DNA of 63,992 nt, filler included, from Cladosporium halotolerans (lineage: Eukaryota), in assembly GCF_011745625.1 (NCBI RefSeq). It is 5 parts of 5 records of this genome, joined end to end, with 100 filler letters (N's around TTAATTAATTAA, not from the genome) between each part and the next. Parts side by side here need not be neighbours in the genome. Positions count along the whole stretch, not along the records: positions 28,534 to 42,064 come from NW_027191566.1; positions 42,165 to 55,656 come from NW_027191567.1; 3 more parts are not named here. One strand, given 5' to 3'. This document shows, piece after piece, positions 36,582 to 48,203 of this stretch. A program made the translations under genes and the position numbers. Position 1 is the first letter of the stretch. Each line of letters starts with the position of its first letter. The notes beneath the pieces were generated by a model. The model made no database searches. It was not told where the DNA came from and worked only from the letters and a program-made list of their open reading frames with translations.

Positions 36582-36809
36582 GCGCACGGACGCCAATCCG
36601 TTCTGAAGAAAACGGATCGGCGTCCGTGCGCAGCAGTGGGGTGGTGGGGAACAGACAGTGTGGCTGAAGCTGCGGAGGATGGAGACTGCGGAGGCTGGAG
36701 GCTGCGGAGGCTGGCTTCGAAGCGCGTGCCGGGCTATCCTAGCCGCTGCGATAGCGCCGCGCACGGATGCCCATCCGTTCTCTGGAGAAAACAGATCGGT
36801 ATCCGTGCG
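36582..36809. repeat. Hairpin repeat copies B (36582-36631) and C (36759-36809)
   Basis: Copy B: GCGCACGGACGCC-A-ATCCGTT / CTGAAGAA / AACGGAT-C-GGCGTCCGTGCGC, i.e. 20 paired bases, one mismatch and an 8-nt loop. Confidence 0.85.
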
Positions 36810-37255
36810 GCGCAGCGCCCGGTCGCAGACCACTGCGCTGAGGCACCTCAGTCAATCTCGACGAACAATGAGGCAAGCGACATGGCGAAGACGGTCGCAC
36901 GCCGCCGTCCGCAGGTTGATCTGGCTCATGTCAACGAAAACGTCGTTGGAACGGGAACGGAAACGGAGTGCGGAGTCCAGAGCGAGTGGCGGCAGCCAGC
37001 AAGGGGACGCAGAACCGCACCTGCTTCGTGCAGAGCAGTGGAATGATCGGAAGCTGGCGATGCGGCCAGACGCACCAAAAGGTACATCTCAAGCGCTTGG
37101 CTCCAAATCCCGGCCGCTGTAGCGCTCGATTGCAGACCACTGCGCCGATGCAACTTGGTCACCCTTGACGAACGCCGTGGCAAGCGATATGTCGGGGACG
37201 GTCGCACGCCGCCGTCCGCGGATTGAGCTGGATCGTGACAACGGTGCAACGGTTC
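36810..37255 (+). repeat. Diverged direct repeat of about 140 bp (about 36810-36945 and 37118-37255)
   Basis: Shared blocks GCAGACCACTGCGC, GACGAAC, GGCAAGCGA and GACGGTCGCACGCCGCCGTCCGC. Confidence 0.75.
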
Positions 37256-38295
37256 GAAAGTAGACGTGGTGCAAAGCCGTAGGCAAGTGAGGCCCGCCAG
37301 CAAGGGAACTCAAGAAGAAAGACACAAAAAAGCGTCAGAAAGGGTGCAACGGCGGAGAGATGGAGAGATAGTGGGAGTAGAGGAAGCTCGAAGGTTGAGG
37401 CTTCGCCCTGAAACAAGCCAAGGTGCGTCTTGGCGAGACTTGGCTCACTCTTGGCGCAAGACGGAATGAATTTGTTTCCCCAGCCTTGCCGCCCGGCCTT
37501 GCCTGCGCATAGGTCCAGGAGGTCCTTCGGCATACGCACCGCTTCATCCTGCTGCCAGAGGTTGGCGACAGCCACACAGCCGTTCGCCCTGGGCACCAAT
37601 CGTGTTGCACAAGACCCACCAAGCGCAGGCAAAAGATGGGATCGGGTCGGGTTTTGCGACGTGCGACCCCCTCGACGGGCGTGGGAGAGCTCCGTGTGCT
37701 GGCCTCCCTGTCGATCCAGTACCTCGTCCGTCGAACGGCGTGTTTGTTGGTTCAGCCATTATGCTCTATGGCCTTCGAATGTTGCCCCAAGTCGCTTCAA
37801 AAAACTGTAGCCCTGCGTTCTACTCTTTTTTTGCTGTCCCTCAAAGCTGCGCTGCGCCCTCGCCACTCTCCCTATGATGCTGTACTCATCGCAAGCACCA
37901 ACACATTGACCAAGATTGAAACAATTGGTAACAATATCATGGATTTGCCTTGAGACGTGCTCTTTGGATACTCGCATCAAAATACTTTAACGTCAAAGCG
38001 TACTTCGAAAGATGTAAAGCTCACTGTATCATGAAAAGGCCAAAGTCCAAAGCGAGACCCCAAAGGATTCAAGAGGTGGTATGGAGGTGCCAGATTATTC
38101 GGCGCCACGTGCGGGCAGATGGACCGAAAGTCGCAATGCCAAGCATTTCACGCTGCCTCCGTCATCAGCGAGAAGTGCCAAGAGATACGGTAATCAAAAG
38201 GGCCTTCGTGATTACTGTATCTCTTGGCATCACGTGAAGCGTTCGTCATCACGTGCAGCGTCCGTGATCAGAGAGCAGCGCCAAGAGATAGAGTA

Positions 38296-39570
38296 ACCTC
38301 CGATTCTCCGAAAGTTTTGGGATTTTGCCAAGCTACGGGGCTATCCGCACCTACAAGCTGGGGAACTGATCCTCAGCTGTATTGGGAACCGTCCCCACTA
38401 CAGAAGCACCCTCTGCAACAGTTCCATGACACCATGGGAAGAGGCCCTGAAACTCCAGCTTGGAAGCGTCATTGCGCCATTGCATACGCTTTTGATCTGT
38501 CAATGCCTCAAGTCGAAATCGCGAGACGATTAGACCTGACAACATCGACTGTGCATAATCTCGTCCGAGCCGCAAGAGCTCGCAGTCCAACTTCAGATCT
38601 GGCGGATTTACAGGCGGCGGTCAGTGTTCAGCCACGTAGTGGCAGACCAAGGAGGGCTGATCCTGGCGATGAGGTATCTCTCACTGTCCGAAGAGGGGTT
38701 CGAGAACACCCATACCAGGCGATGGACAACGCAGCCAACCGTTATCTCAGGGAACGCCAGGTACTCGGCGAGATCGACCAGAACATTCGACCACTGGGAG
38801 TTCAGCAGGTGTATAACATCTTGCAAGACTCTGAGCAGTGTGCTGCTGACCCAGAGGACCAAAGGGTATACACACGGCACCGTGTGTACAGACGCAACGA
38901 GCTCAGCGCTGCCAACATTGCAAAACGTCAGGCATATCTCTTTGAGGTCGAACAGCTGGAGCAGGCAGAGGCAATCATCATATGTTGTGACGAGAAGGCC
39001 TATCACTTTGGCGGCACGCCTGACCGGCATGTAACCTTACCAATAAACACGAGCTCGTACCAAAGTTGTGCACCGACACGTTTCAAACTCGAACAATGGG
39101 CTGCTGCTTGTGGTGACGACTGTTCTGTGAAGAGACCCTGGACTGTCTGGGAGCTTCGGGACCAAACTTCCGAGGAGCTGCAGAAGCAGCTGGATGAGTG
39201 TGATGCGCAAGCGAGGAGAATCACCGATGAACAGCGTGCCAATGCCAGAGTCCATGGCACGCCCGAACACCAGTACCTTGTTTGGATGAACACACAGGTC
39301 AAGATTAAACGTCTATGGATGCGTGCCAACACCAACGACAGCGGCGGCCCCAAGGAATGGACTGTCGAACGTCTCTTTCCTTACCAGAGCCATGATATAA
39401 AGGAAGGGACCAAGAAGCTCAATTTTGTGTGGTATGCCTTTGAAGTGTACAGGAAGCTCTTGTTTCCTTATTATCGCGAGATATGTAGACGCAACCCAGG
39501 CAGGAGAGTGGTGATACAAGAGGATAATCATGGACCGCATCTGAAAGCCAGACAGCTATTGCAGCCCGAG
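38296..39570 (+). mobile_element. Tc1/mariner-superfamily transposon; transposase from ATG 38434, interrupted by a hAT insertion
   Basis: HTH QVEIARRLDLTTSTVHNLV, PRSGRPR linker, catalytic CCDEK and IQEDNHGPH. Putative left TIR follows the TA at 38294. Confidence 0.85.
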
Positions 39571-42064
39571 CAGTGGTGTCCACAAGCAAGTCCAGTACGA
39601 GCGGCTTGCTTGCGCTTGGCTATTTTGAGCACCAAGCAAGCAAGCAAGCCAAAGGGTCATGATCAAGCAAGCAAGCACATGAGTTCTCAAGCCGCTTGGC
39701 TATGCTTGATACATTTTTGGTAGAGGATTATGTATGTACATGCTGTTCAAGAAGAGCACCGATCACGAAAAGAAGCGAGCTTGCGCTCAGTGAGGGATCG
39801 CAGACCACGGCCCGCAGCCGTCCGCCAGAGATACGCGCTGGAACTCTGGCTTTCCCCGCTGTGGACCCTGATTTTCTGCTCTCGCAGGAGCGTGTACCAC
39901 CAATCGCACTGGTTGCGAGCTTGGCCATCATGAATTCGCCGCCGCGTAAAGCGCGAAAGATCACCCAAGCAACACTAGCCTTTCAACTCACGCCCAAACA
40001 CCCGAAAACGCCGGAGACAGGCTCTCCAGAGCTCGCGACACGTCCCAAGGGATGCACATCTCCATCTTCAAGCACCTCGAACCCATCCGCCTTAGCCTCG
40101 ACTCCCATACTGTCAACGGAAGTGGACGATGACGACGACGAAGAGGAAGAGATAGAGACCAGGACTTCGGTGCTGGCATCAACACGCTGCACTTTCACAG
40201 TTCCGCTACACAGACCCGAGCTTTCTGGATACCGCCGCTGTTTCCGCAGCAATCGAAGGCTCGGCGGAAACAAGATCTCATGGATATACCTCCATGGTGT
40301 CGAGCTAGAGAAGGGAGGCCCTAGCGGCAAATGGATCAAGCACTGGATCTGTCGACACTGCCATGATCAGGGTCGTATCAAGGTCATGAATGCCCAGGCT
40401 TCAACCAACTGTACTCGCCACCTTCACGACCAGCATGGCATCGGCCTAGAGCGCCTGGAGGAGAGCGTGCAAGCACAAGAGCGTATCGAAGGATTCATGG
40501 ACGAGCACCTCTGGGAGGAAAGATGGCGCGAAGACTACGTGAACTGGATCGCGAAAGATGACATCACTTTGTCCCAAGCCACAAGCCCTCACCTGCAAAG
40601 GCTACTCGCTCGCAGTGGCCCTAAGGTTACCAATCTTCTACCGCAGCGTAGTAGCGCGCGCCGCTGGCTGATGGATGCATACGAACAACGTAAGCCTGAG
40701 GTTGCTGAGTCTCTTCGTACATCACTCAGCGATGTCAGCTTATCCTTCGACGGCTGGTCTTCACCGAATGGCCTCTCGCTACTTGGGGTAGTTGCTCACT
40801 GGATTGACAAAGACTGCACGCTCTGTAACGCGTTGATCGGAATGCCACGGATCGAAGGCCAACACTCCGGCGAGAAGATCGCAAAAGCCGTTTCAGCCCT
40901 GATTCGCGACTACGGCATACAACGAAAGATTGGCGCCTTTGTTCTTGACAATGCTGCGAACAACGACACAGCCGTCGAAATGCTCGCTCAAGAGTTCGGT
41001 CTTGATCCCGCACAATGCCGGTTGCGCTGTTGGGGGCATACCGTCAATCTCGTTGTCAAAGCGTTGCTGTTCGGCGAGGGACTTTCTGCTTTCCAAAAGG
41101 AGCTGAGCGATGCTGGCGACGACGAGAGTTTCGACATATGGCGGAGACAGCATGCAATTGGCAAGCTTCACAACATCGTCCGGTACATCATGCGTTCTGA
41201 TCAACGCATACAGATGTTCAACGAGGCGCAGCGGGACATCGCCGAGGACATCACCACATTCTGCTACCGCCTGGTAAAGGATACTGGGATACGATGGAAC
41301 AGCGTCTACAATATGATCACCCGTGCGCTTCTGCTTGAGAACCCGATCCGCTCTTACTGTCGTCAGTGGCGCAGGCAGGACACCAAGGCGTATGACCTCT
41401 CCCAAGACTTTCTTTTTGAAGGAGACTGGGAAGAACTCCGCCACTATGAGGAACTGCTTTTGCCGTTCAAGCTTGCCACGGAAAGGCTGGGGGGCAAAGG
41501 CAATAAGCTGTCGCTGGAAGGCAGTCATGGAGCTTTGTGGGAGGTCCTTCCCGCCTTTGATTTCTTGTTCATGATGCTCAAGATCCGCGCCGATGATGTA
41601 TCGAAGAACCCTGATCTGTTCGTGGACCACTATCGTCACTGTATCAATTATGGTTTTGAGAAGCTAAAGGATTACTACGGGAAATCCGACCGCACACGAT
41701 TGTACCGTGCAGCGATCGCTCTCCACCCTTGCTACCGCAACGACTACTTTGCGAACGCCTGGGCAAAGGTGCCTCGCTCCAGATTGGAGATCAGAAACGC
41801 GCAGAATGCAGTCTCAACATGTTACAGCGATTTTCTCAGCACTCTGCGCAAGAGCGAAGACTGCTCGACGGGTTCGCATAGTGAGCCTGCAACAGATACA
41901 TCGATCAAGGAAACCGATGACATATATGCACAGTTCGACAATTTCTTCAACACTGTAAGACGCAGTGCCACGATCTCTGCTGAGCGATACAAGAAGAAAC
42001 GCAAGCGCGAGGACTCTGAACTAGATCGCTTCTTAGAGCTGTCACTCGAGGATCTCAACGTCAC
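39571..42064 (+). mobile_element. hAT transposon (left TIR plus transposase), truncated by the gap
   Basis: Begins CAGTGGTGTCCACAAGC with (CAAG)n/(GCTT)n subterminal repeats. Contains an open transposase frame. Confidence 0.9.
39930..42064 (+). CDS. hAT transposase with BED zinc finger (3' end missing)
   Basis: WICRHC..HLHDQH, SFDGWSS, LDNAANND, RLRCWGH, IRWNS and ALHP motifs; no stop before the gap. Confidence 0.9.
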
Positions 42065-42164
42065 NNNNNNNNNNNNNNNNNNNNNNNNNNNNNNNNNNNN
42101 NNNNNNNNTTAATTAATTAANNNNNNNNNNNNNNNNNNNNNNNNNNNNNNNNNNNNNNNNNNNN
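42065..42164. other. Artificial scaffold linker
   Basis: N44-TTAATTAATTAA-N44. Confidence 0.97.
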
Positions 42165-43869
42165 CGCCAAGTGATGACTTTGTGCGAGACCGCCACGTGG
42201 GCTCGTCGCATTTCTAGCTGTCCTGTAGCACACTTGGTTTTACTGCGTAGATAGCCACTCACAGCGGGCACCACAGCAAGGTATGCGATCTCCGTCTGCC
42301 GTCATGGTTTCTATCCCTGCTTGAAATCCGGCTTCAATATTTTGGTAATATCCTACTCGCAAACCAAGTCTGGCTGTCTTCTGCTGAAACGGAAGCATAC
42401 AGAATTGACCAGCTCTCCCAAGCTAAGTGCTTTCGCTTTGAATTTGTACCGAGTGTATAGTCATTGCCCACATAGACTGATCTTCTACTTCAACCTCAGA
42501 TTTGCCTTCTACACAACTTCCTGCCTGAGCAGCTGTCTATCATATTGTTCAACCGAATGTGTGATCTGTCCTCTTCCATAGTGAAGTTGAGGTTAGAAGC
42601 ATTCCCGAGGCTCCATGCCTTGCGTGCCTAGTTCGGCTTACTACTATTCTGTACAATCCTCTGCCCGGCCTCGGCCTTACCGTTCAACTCTGCCCTTTTA
42701 CGTGGAGGTGGCAGTAATCGAAAGAGCATCCCAAACCTTGTACTCACGCCTTTATCCAATCGTGCGGAGTAATAAGTCTTCGCATACGTGGTCTCGTTTG
42801 GCCGCTTAGCGGCAAGGCCTGCTCGCCCAGCCGTTAAAGGCTTGGAGATAGCCGGAAAGGCAGAGCGCCAGAACTGTGCCGACTCCGGCGCCTCTATGCT
42901 GTGACACACCAAAGAGCCCTCGAGTCTATATACTCCGATGTTACGCCCCAAAGGTGTGTGGATTGTCACGGTGTCCAAACATTCTTTGACCGCAGCCTCT
43001 GCATTGTTCGGATACACGGTTGCGTCGAAGCTCAGAATGCATACTTGTTGTGAGCAGCCCGCTGTACCGGCCGAATGTTTGCGGCTGACATGGTACCATT
43101 CCTCCGCGAGCCAGCCTGAACGCATTCGGATCGAGCTGGTCTGGAGAAACTGAGCAGCGGCATGCCCAGACACGCAGGGGTCAGGGCTGCGGTAGTTGAG
43201 TCGGATGATGAATGCTGCCGAGTCCGAAAGGCTATTCAGAGACTCGACGCCAACGTACCAAGGGGTGAAAGACTGTGTGAGGTCCTGCCATACTTACATT
43301 GAGGACTTACCACGGGGCGACCCACAGCCATAAAACGACCGAGATCACGTGCGTGGTAAGGAACGGGCGTCCGAGGAGCTGTTCTTATCCCCACGACGAT
43401 GGCGGCGATGCTTCTTTCTCCTGCGTGCTGCGTAGACGCCACTTGAATTCGGCTTTCAGAAGCAGCAAAGATGCTGAGAGTGGACCCAACTGCCCGTTTG
43501 GATTTTGGTCGGTGCTGGCAGATCTGACGCCTGATGAGGGAGGGAAGGCCGTCGAGGTTGATATCGATGTGTAAAAGGCGCCGTAAGTGTTGGGGCTGGA
43601 CGGTAGGTATTGCTGCAGTCTTCCTAGTGCGGCAGCCGGTTCCGTAACAGGTAAGCTGGTCTCTGTGACGCAACTGCTGCATGCATCCATCGGGTCAAGA
43701 TGAGCGAAATATGCGCGGACAGATCATAGTAACGCAAGCGTGGAAAACGCGTGAGCCGGGTCGAGAAAACACGCGAAAGAAATTGGCAGGTTGCAAGTTC
43801 ACTGATATTGAGAAGCGGTGTTTCTGCATATATGTAATGGACCGAACGCACGGGGAAAGCATTAACACC

Positions 43870-44241
43870 TTCCTCCGTCTTCCGCTTCATGCAGTCTTCG
43901 GATTCTGCCAGGCCGCCGGACCGTCCGGCTCTGCGATGTCATTCAGCTCGATCTTCAAACCATATTGAGAACAACACATACCACAAGCACACTAACCGAC
44001 CTCGAGCTACAACAGGAAAGGGAACTTGACCTTCCTTTTCACAAAAGCCACTGCGTAATGGCGTATGCATTTGATTCGGTGATGCCACAAACGGACATCG
44101 TTGCAAGACTGGTTCGTGAAAAAACAGTATCAATCGTTGGAGCTCGAGGCAAATCGATTTGTCTCTTTATCAATCATAACTAAAGAGAATTCAGACGAAG
44201 GCAATAATCCGAAAACTTTCAGAAACGGAGAGTGGAGGGTA
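43870..44241 (+). mobile_element. Internally deleted (MITE-like) relative of the Tc1/mariner element at 38296
   Basis: Encodes HCVMAYAFDSVMPQTDIVARL versus HCAIAYAFDLSMPQVEIARRL. Both ends resemble the TIR ctccgattctccgaaagttttgggatt in inverted orientation. Confidence 0.65.
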
Positions 44242-44559
44242 GAACCATGAGGCTTGGCGTCTTGGCATGAACTGATGATGATGATGACGATAAAGATGAT
44301 GAAGATGATGATGATGAGTTTAATTCAGGCTATAAGCGGAGACCATACGGGCCATCCCTAAACGGCACCTAAAATCACAACGACCGTGGCCTTGCACTCA
44401 GGATCCAAGAGATTAACCAACACCTCAACCAACCCTCATGTTCGAAGCACGAGATAGTCTGCCGGTCGGATAAAGGAAACCGAGGGAGGCCCTCACCACC
44501 TTCATATCCGGCTTCCAGCTTTCGCGTGGGCCATCCACAAACTTGCCCGTCCTAAAAGT

Positions 44560-45270
44560 CCTTAAGACCGCTCCATCCTTCTAGCAAGTACGAAGCGTCT
44601 CCCCCCTGTCGCCTGCTGCTTCCCGCAAAGCCTACGGGCTTCAGCATACCGATCGCAGCGCAGCAGCACGTGTAGCACTGTCTCGTTGTCGCGTCCACAC
44701 TCACATGCCGGGCATTCTGCGAGCTTCTTCCTGAACAAACAGGCGTTCAGGCCGCAGTGCTCCCGTCCGAGCCTGCACCAAGGTGAATGCCTCGTCAGAC
44801 GACAGCGCTCCGTAGAGACGGAGCGTGTGCTCGCCCGATCAGGCCTTGTCCATCTTTCACGTGTAGTATCTCACGCGGACATCGTCCTCATTCGTATGCA
44901 GGCTCTTAGCCCGCTCCGCCTTGACCAGGCTCAGCACGCTCGACAGCTCCCGCACCCCCTCGGCCGGGGCGGCTGTGAGTTCGCTGTCGTTGTCGATGCC
45001 TATTTTTGCAGCATGCTTTGCATCTGCCACACCGCGGATACCCTTGTCGTCGGGAACGAGGAAGACTGTCACTAGACAACCGACACTTTCCCTCTCCAAG
45101 ATGGCGTCGGCGATCTTGGGCACCACTTCCCTCCCGCACTTCACCTTTTGACCTTGCTCGATGGCCGACAAGGCCTCTTTACTCGTCGTTGCTACGTAGA
45201 CATGTGCCGTCTTGCGCAATGTGTTCCTTGCTTCTTCGAGAGCATAGAGCAAGGCAGTCAGCTCAGCCCC
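44560..45270 (-). pseudogene. LINE ORF2 RNase H-like and C-terminal CCHC remnant
   Basis: AELTALLYAL..LVPDDKGIRGVADAKHAAK, then CECGRDNETVLHVLLRC. Confidence 0.75.
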
Positions 45271-48089
45271 AGAATTACGGCAACGTCGCGGCATGTCTCC
45301 CATCAACGAGGCCCCTATCTTAGGCCCGCTTGTATTTCAAAGCGCTAGCCCTTATCCTGAGATTTGCTCCTTGAGCACACAGCAAAGGCTCCGCTAGTGG
45401 CGATACCACCTTGTATGAGGAACAAGGCTCCCAGTACGAGTGGGCCAGCGACTTCCCCCGCCTTTGTGTACCGACATGCGCATCCGTCCGTTCGAGCAAC
45501 GCAGACGGTGTCAGCCGTCGCCGCCATTGCGTGCTACGCCCCACGGCCGGAGCCGTTTCGCGTTGCCTTGGGAGGTCTCGCTCGTCGAGGCCGACCATGT
45601 CTCGCCGTGTGGGATCGAGGCAGCGCCCTAGCCAGCAGCGGAAGCCCCTTTGCCCACTCGACTAACCAACCCTATTATCGTGTCTCAACAAGTTCGTCGC
45701 AGAGGGGCCCTGTCCCTCGAAAGGGCACAACGTTCATGTCTTAACAGATCCGCAAAGCGGTGGTGGTCTGTCTCCTTAGGAGCACACAGGTCGTGTCTTC
45801 ACAAGTTCTCTGCAACGGTGGCCTGCCACTTCTAAACCGCAACGGGGCGCAAGTCAGCGACCCTCGCCAGCACGCCATCCAACTGCGCATGCGGTGCTGA
45901 TCCCAGAGCGCTCGTTGGTCAGGGGTGTCCTGTCTCTTGCCTAGCTCGGTTGCACATCCACCGGCCTTGTTGTCTTAACAGTGTCCCTGGCCCCGTCCGT
46001 CTCTTTTGAGCAGCTGTGCGACCAGCCGCCAGGGGCAACAAGTGATGCGCCGGCTTCGGGCCCAGGTCGACGTTCTGGGTAGGCAAGAGTCGGATGGTTT
46101 TCTTACGCCAGTATCCCCTGGTTTGTGATGTTTCTTTGACTTTGTTCATCGCTGTTCGTTCTGTCTTCGCCGTGTCCCGGGCATGACGACTCTTACCTCT
46201 GCTGAAGTGCTCCATCTGGCAAGGAGGGCGGAGTCCATCGACAGGATACTGCACTGCAAATTTTGGCTTCTGCAGTTGACGAATGAGCGGTGCGTTCCTT
46301 CGGCTGGGCACGAAAGAAGGCTATGTGGGCCCTTTCGCTCAAGATGGCATAATCAGCAGTGGTGAATAACCATGGGGGCTTTTCTAGTCTTTCGATTTGG
46401 ATTCGAAAGGGGTTCATCTTTGCCGCTACTGGCCTGGCCCTGAATATCGCAGAGTACTTGGCCAATAGCAGTCTAAGATCATGCGAAGTGCCAAGTGCGC
46501 GTAACAAACAGCTTCTTCCAAGAACGCCTCACAGGATGCATGTGTATTTGGCTCGAGAAGAACCATTTGAATCGACGTACTTCCAAAGACATGATTTGCA
46601 GGCCGAGGGCCGATGCTCCTGAGGCGCAAAAACTGCCTAAAGCCACAGGTTATCATGTCTCGCCTTTCCCCCAGATTAGACAACGCAGTCCCTCTTCTTC
46701 CCACCTATTGCGCTCCGTACTTGCCCCTCGTTTCCATGTCCTCGGTCGGCTCGAAACGAGGGATTGCTCGTCCGTTCTCGTGCTTATAACGGGGTGCCTA
46801 CCTTGCTTCTTCCGTCGGTCGCAAGCAGCCCGTCGGCTTTTGTGGTGAACGACCTCGGGCTGACTCTCGACATCTTGACGGCCATTATCGCGCGTGTTCA
46901 TTTGCGGAGCCTCGAGCCCCCTACCTAGCGCAGCTACCGGAGCCAACAGCTGGCGCGACGCTGTTTGATGTCGCTTGGCTCTCCCGACTGCATCCCAGGA
47001 AAGCCAAGAGCTCATAGCCGGGCACCACGTGCAAGTGGTCCTTATCGCTGGCCTCCTCCACGCCGCAAAAGGTGTCCCGCCAAACCCGTCCAGTGAGTTT
47101 TCATGTTCTAGGATATTCTTGAATAGAATGGCAACGTATACAGAGATCATGGCTTCGACTGCACCCCAAGCAATCCATTGATAGGCACAATCTAAGTTTC
47201 CGGAATTGTTGACGATTGCGTACGGCGTCGCCATTGTGACGTACGTCCATTTATGGTGACGAAATCACGCCTCTGTGCTCCGTCGCGCATTCAGCTAAGG
47301 GTATATACGACGTAGACGCGCCTCGAGAACACGTTTCGTCCCAACTCACCATCTCCTCTACCTAGCTAAAGACATGAGATACACCGTACGTCCTCCATGG
47401 TTCCGTATGTGGCATGGCTTACTGGATTTTGACTAGGTCAAAGCAAGCTTTCCTAATGCTAAGGATTTCGAAAAGGTCAAGGATAGACCCATCAAATCGT
47501 ACATTTGAGACTTGGAAATTTGTCAACAACTTCTAACAAGCCTTAGCGTTATCGAACGCGCAGTCGGTAATAGATGTACAGTGCTTGAAATATCAGATCT
47601 ACCGCCGATATTCGTATGGTATGTGAGCATGTGTCGGGGTACAAACTATGTTGTATGGACATATTGCTGACTGAATGTACTGCAGTACAAGCACTCATTC
47701 GGCCGAATCCATCCAGAAAATTATAGGGGACACAGTGCCCGGACTTATATTCGTGACCATAAAAACGTTGGAGTGATGAAAGGCCGATCTCATAAGTTAC
47801 TGTGACTTTAATTGTGACCTCGAAAAGACTTGACAGAACTGCCGCTAGCCTCATCGTCAGACAAACTTGATGTTGTCATAGCGGTGGCGGAAGAGCTGCT
47901 ACCAGGCGCCGAAGATGTCTCGGTTTAGCGGGCAACGGGGCGGCAGCGGCGAGAGACCTGATTATCTCGGGCATGATGCACGGGCTCCGATCTACGACAT
48001 CTTTCTAGGAGCCTTCTAGCGGGGTTGGCGCATATGTAATCCTTTGAAGTCGAGGCCCTCCGGCAACAAGCATAGCCCTGACTATAACT

Positions 48090-48203
48090 GCACATATGGA
48101 CATGTTCATGTGCAGGCGTTCTATGTTCCTGTCATGTCGCATTAATGCACATGACATGACGTAATGAACATAATGAACATTTGCACTGTCGGTGTACTCT
48201 CTG
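48090..48203 (-). mobile_element. hAT-like terminus at the point where the LINE RT breaks
   Basis: Minus strand starts CAGAGAGTACAC directly after LINE codons FGSN, followed by ATGTTC/CATGT subterminal repeats. Confidence 0.5.

Noticed and set aside
28534..38200. Possible Starship captain or CRISPR-like array
   Set aside because: No tyrosine-recombinase motifs recognised. The repeats are few, irregularly spaced and in a eukaryotic context.
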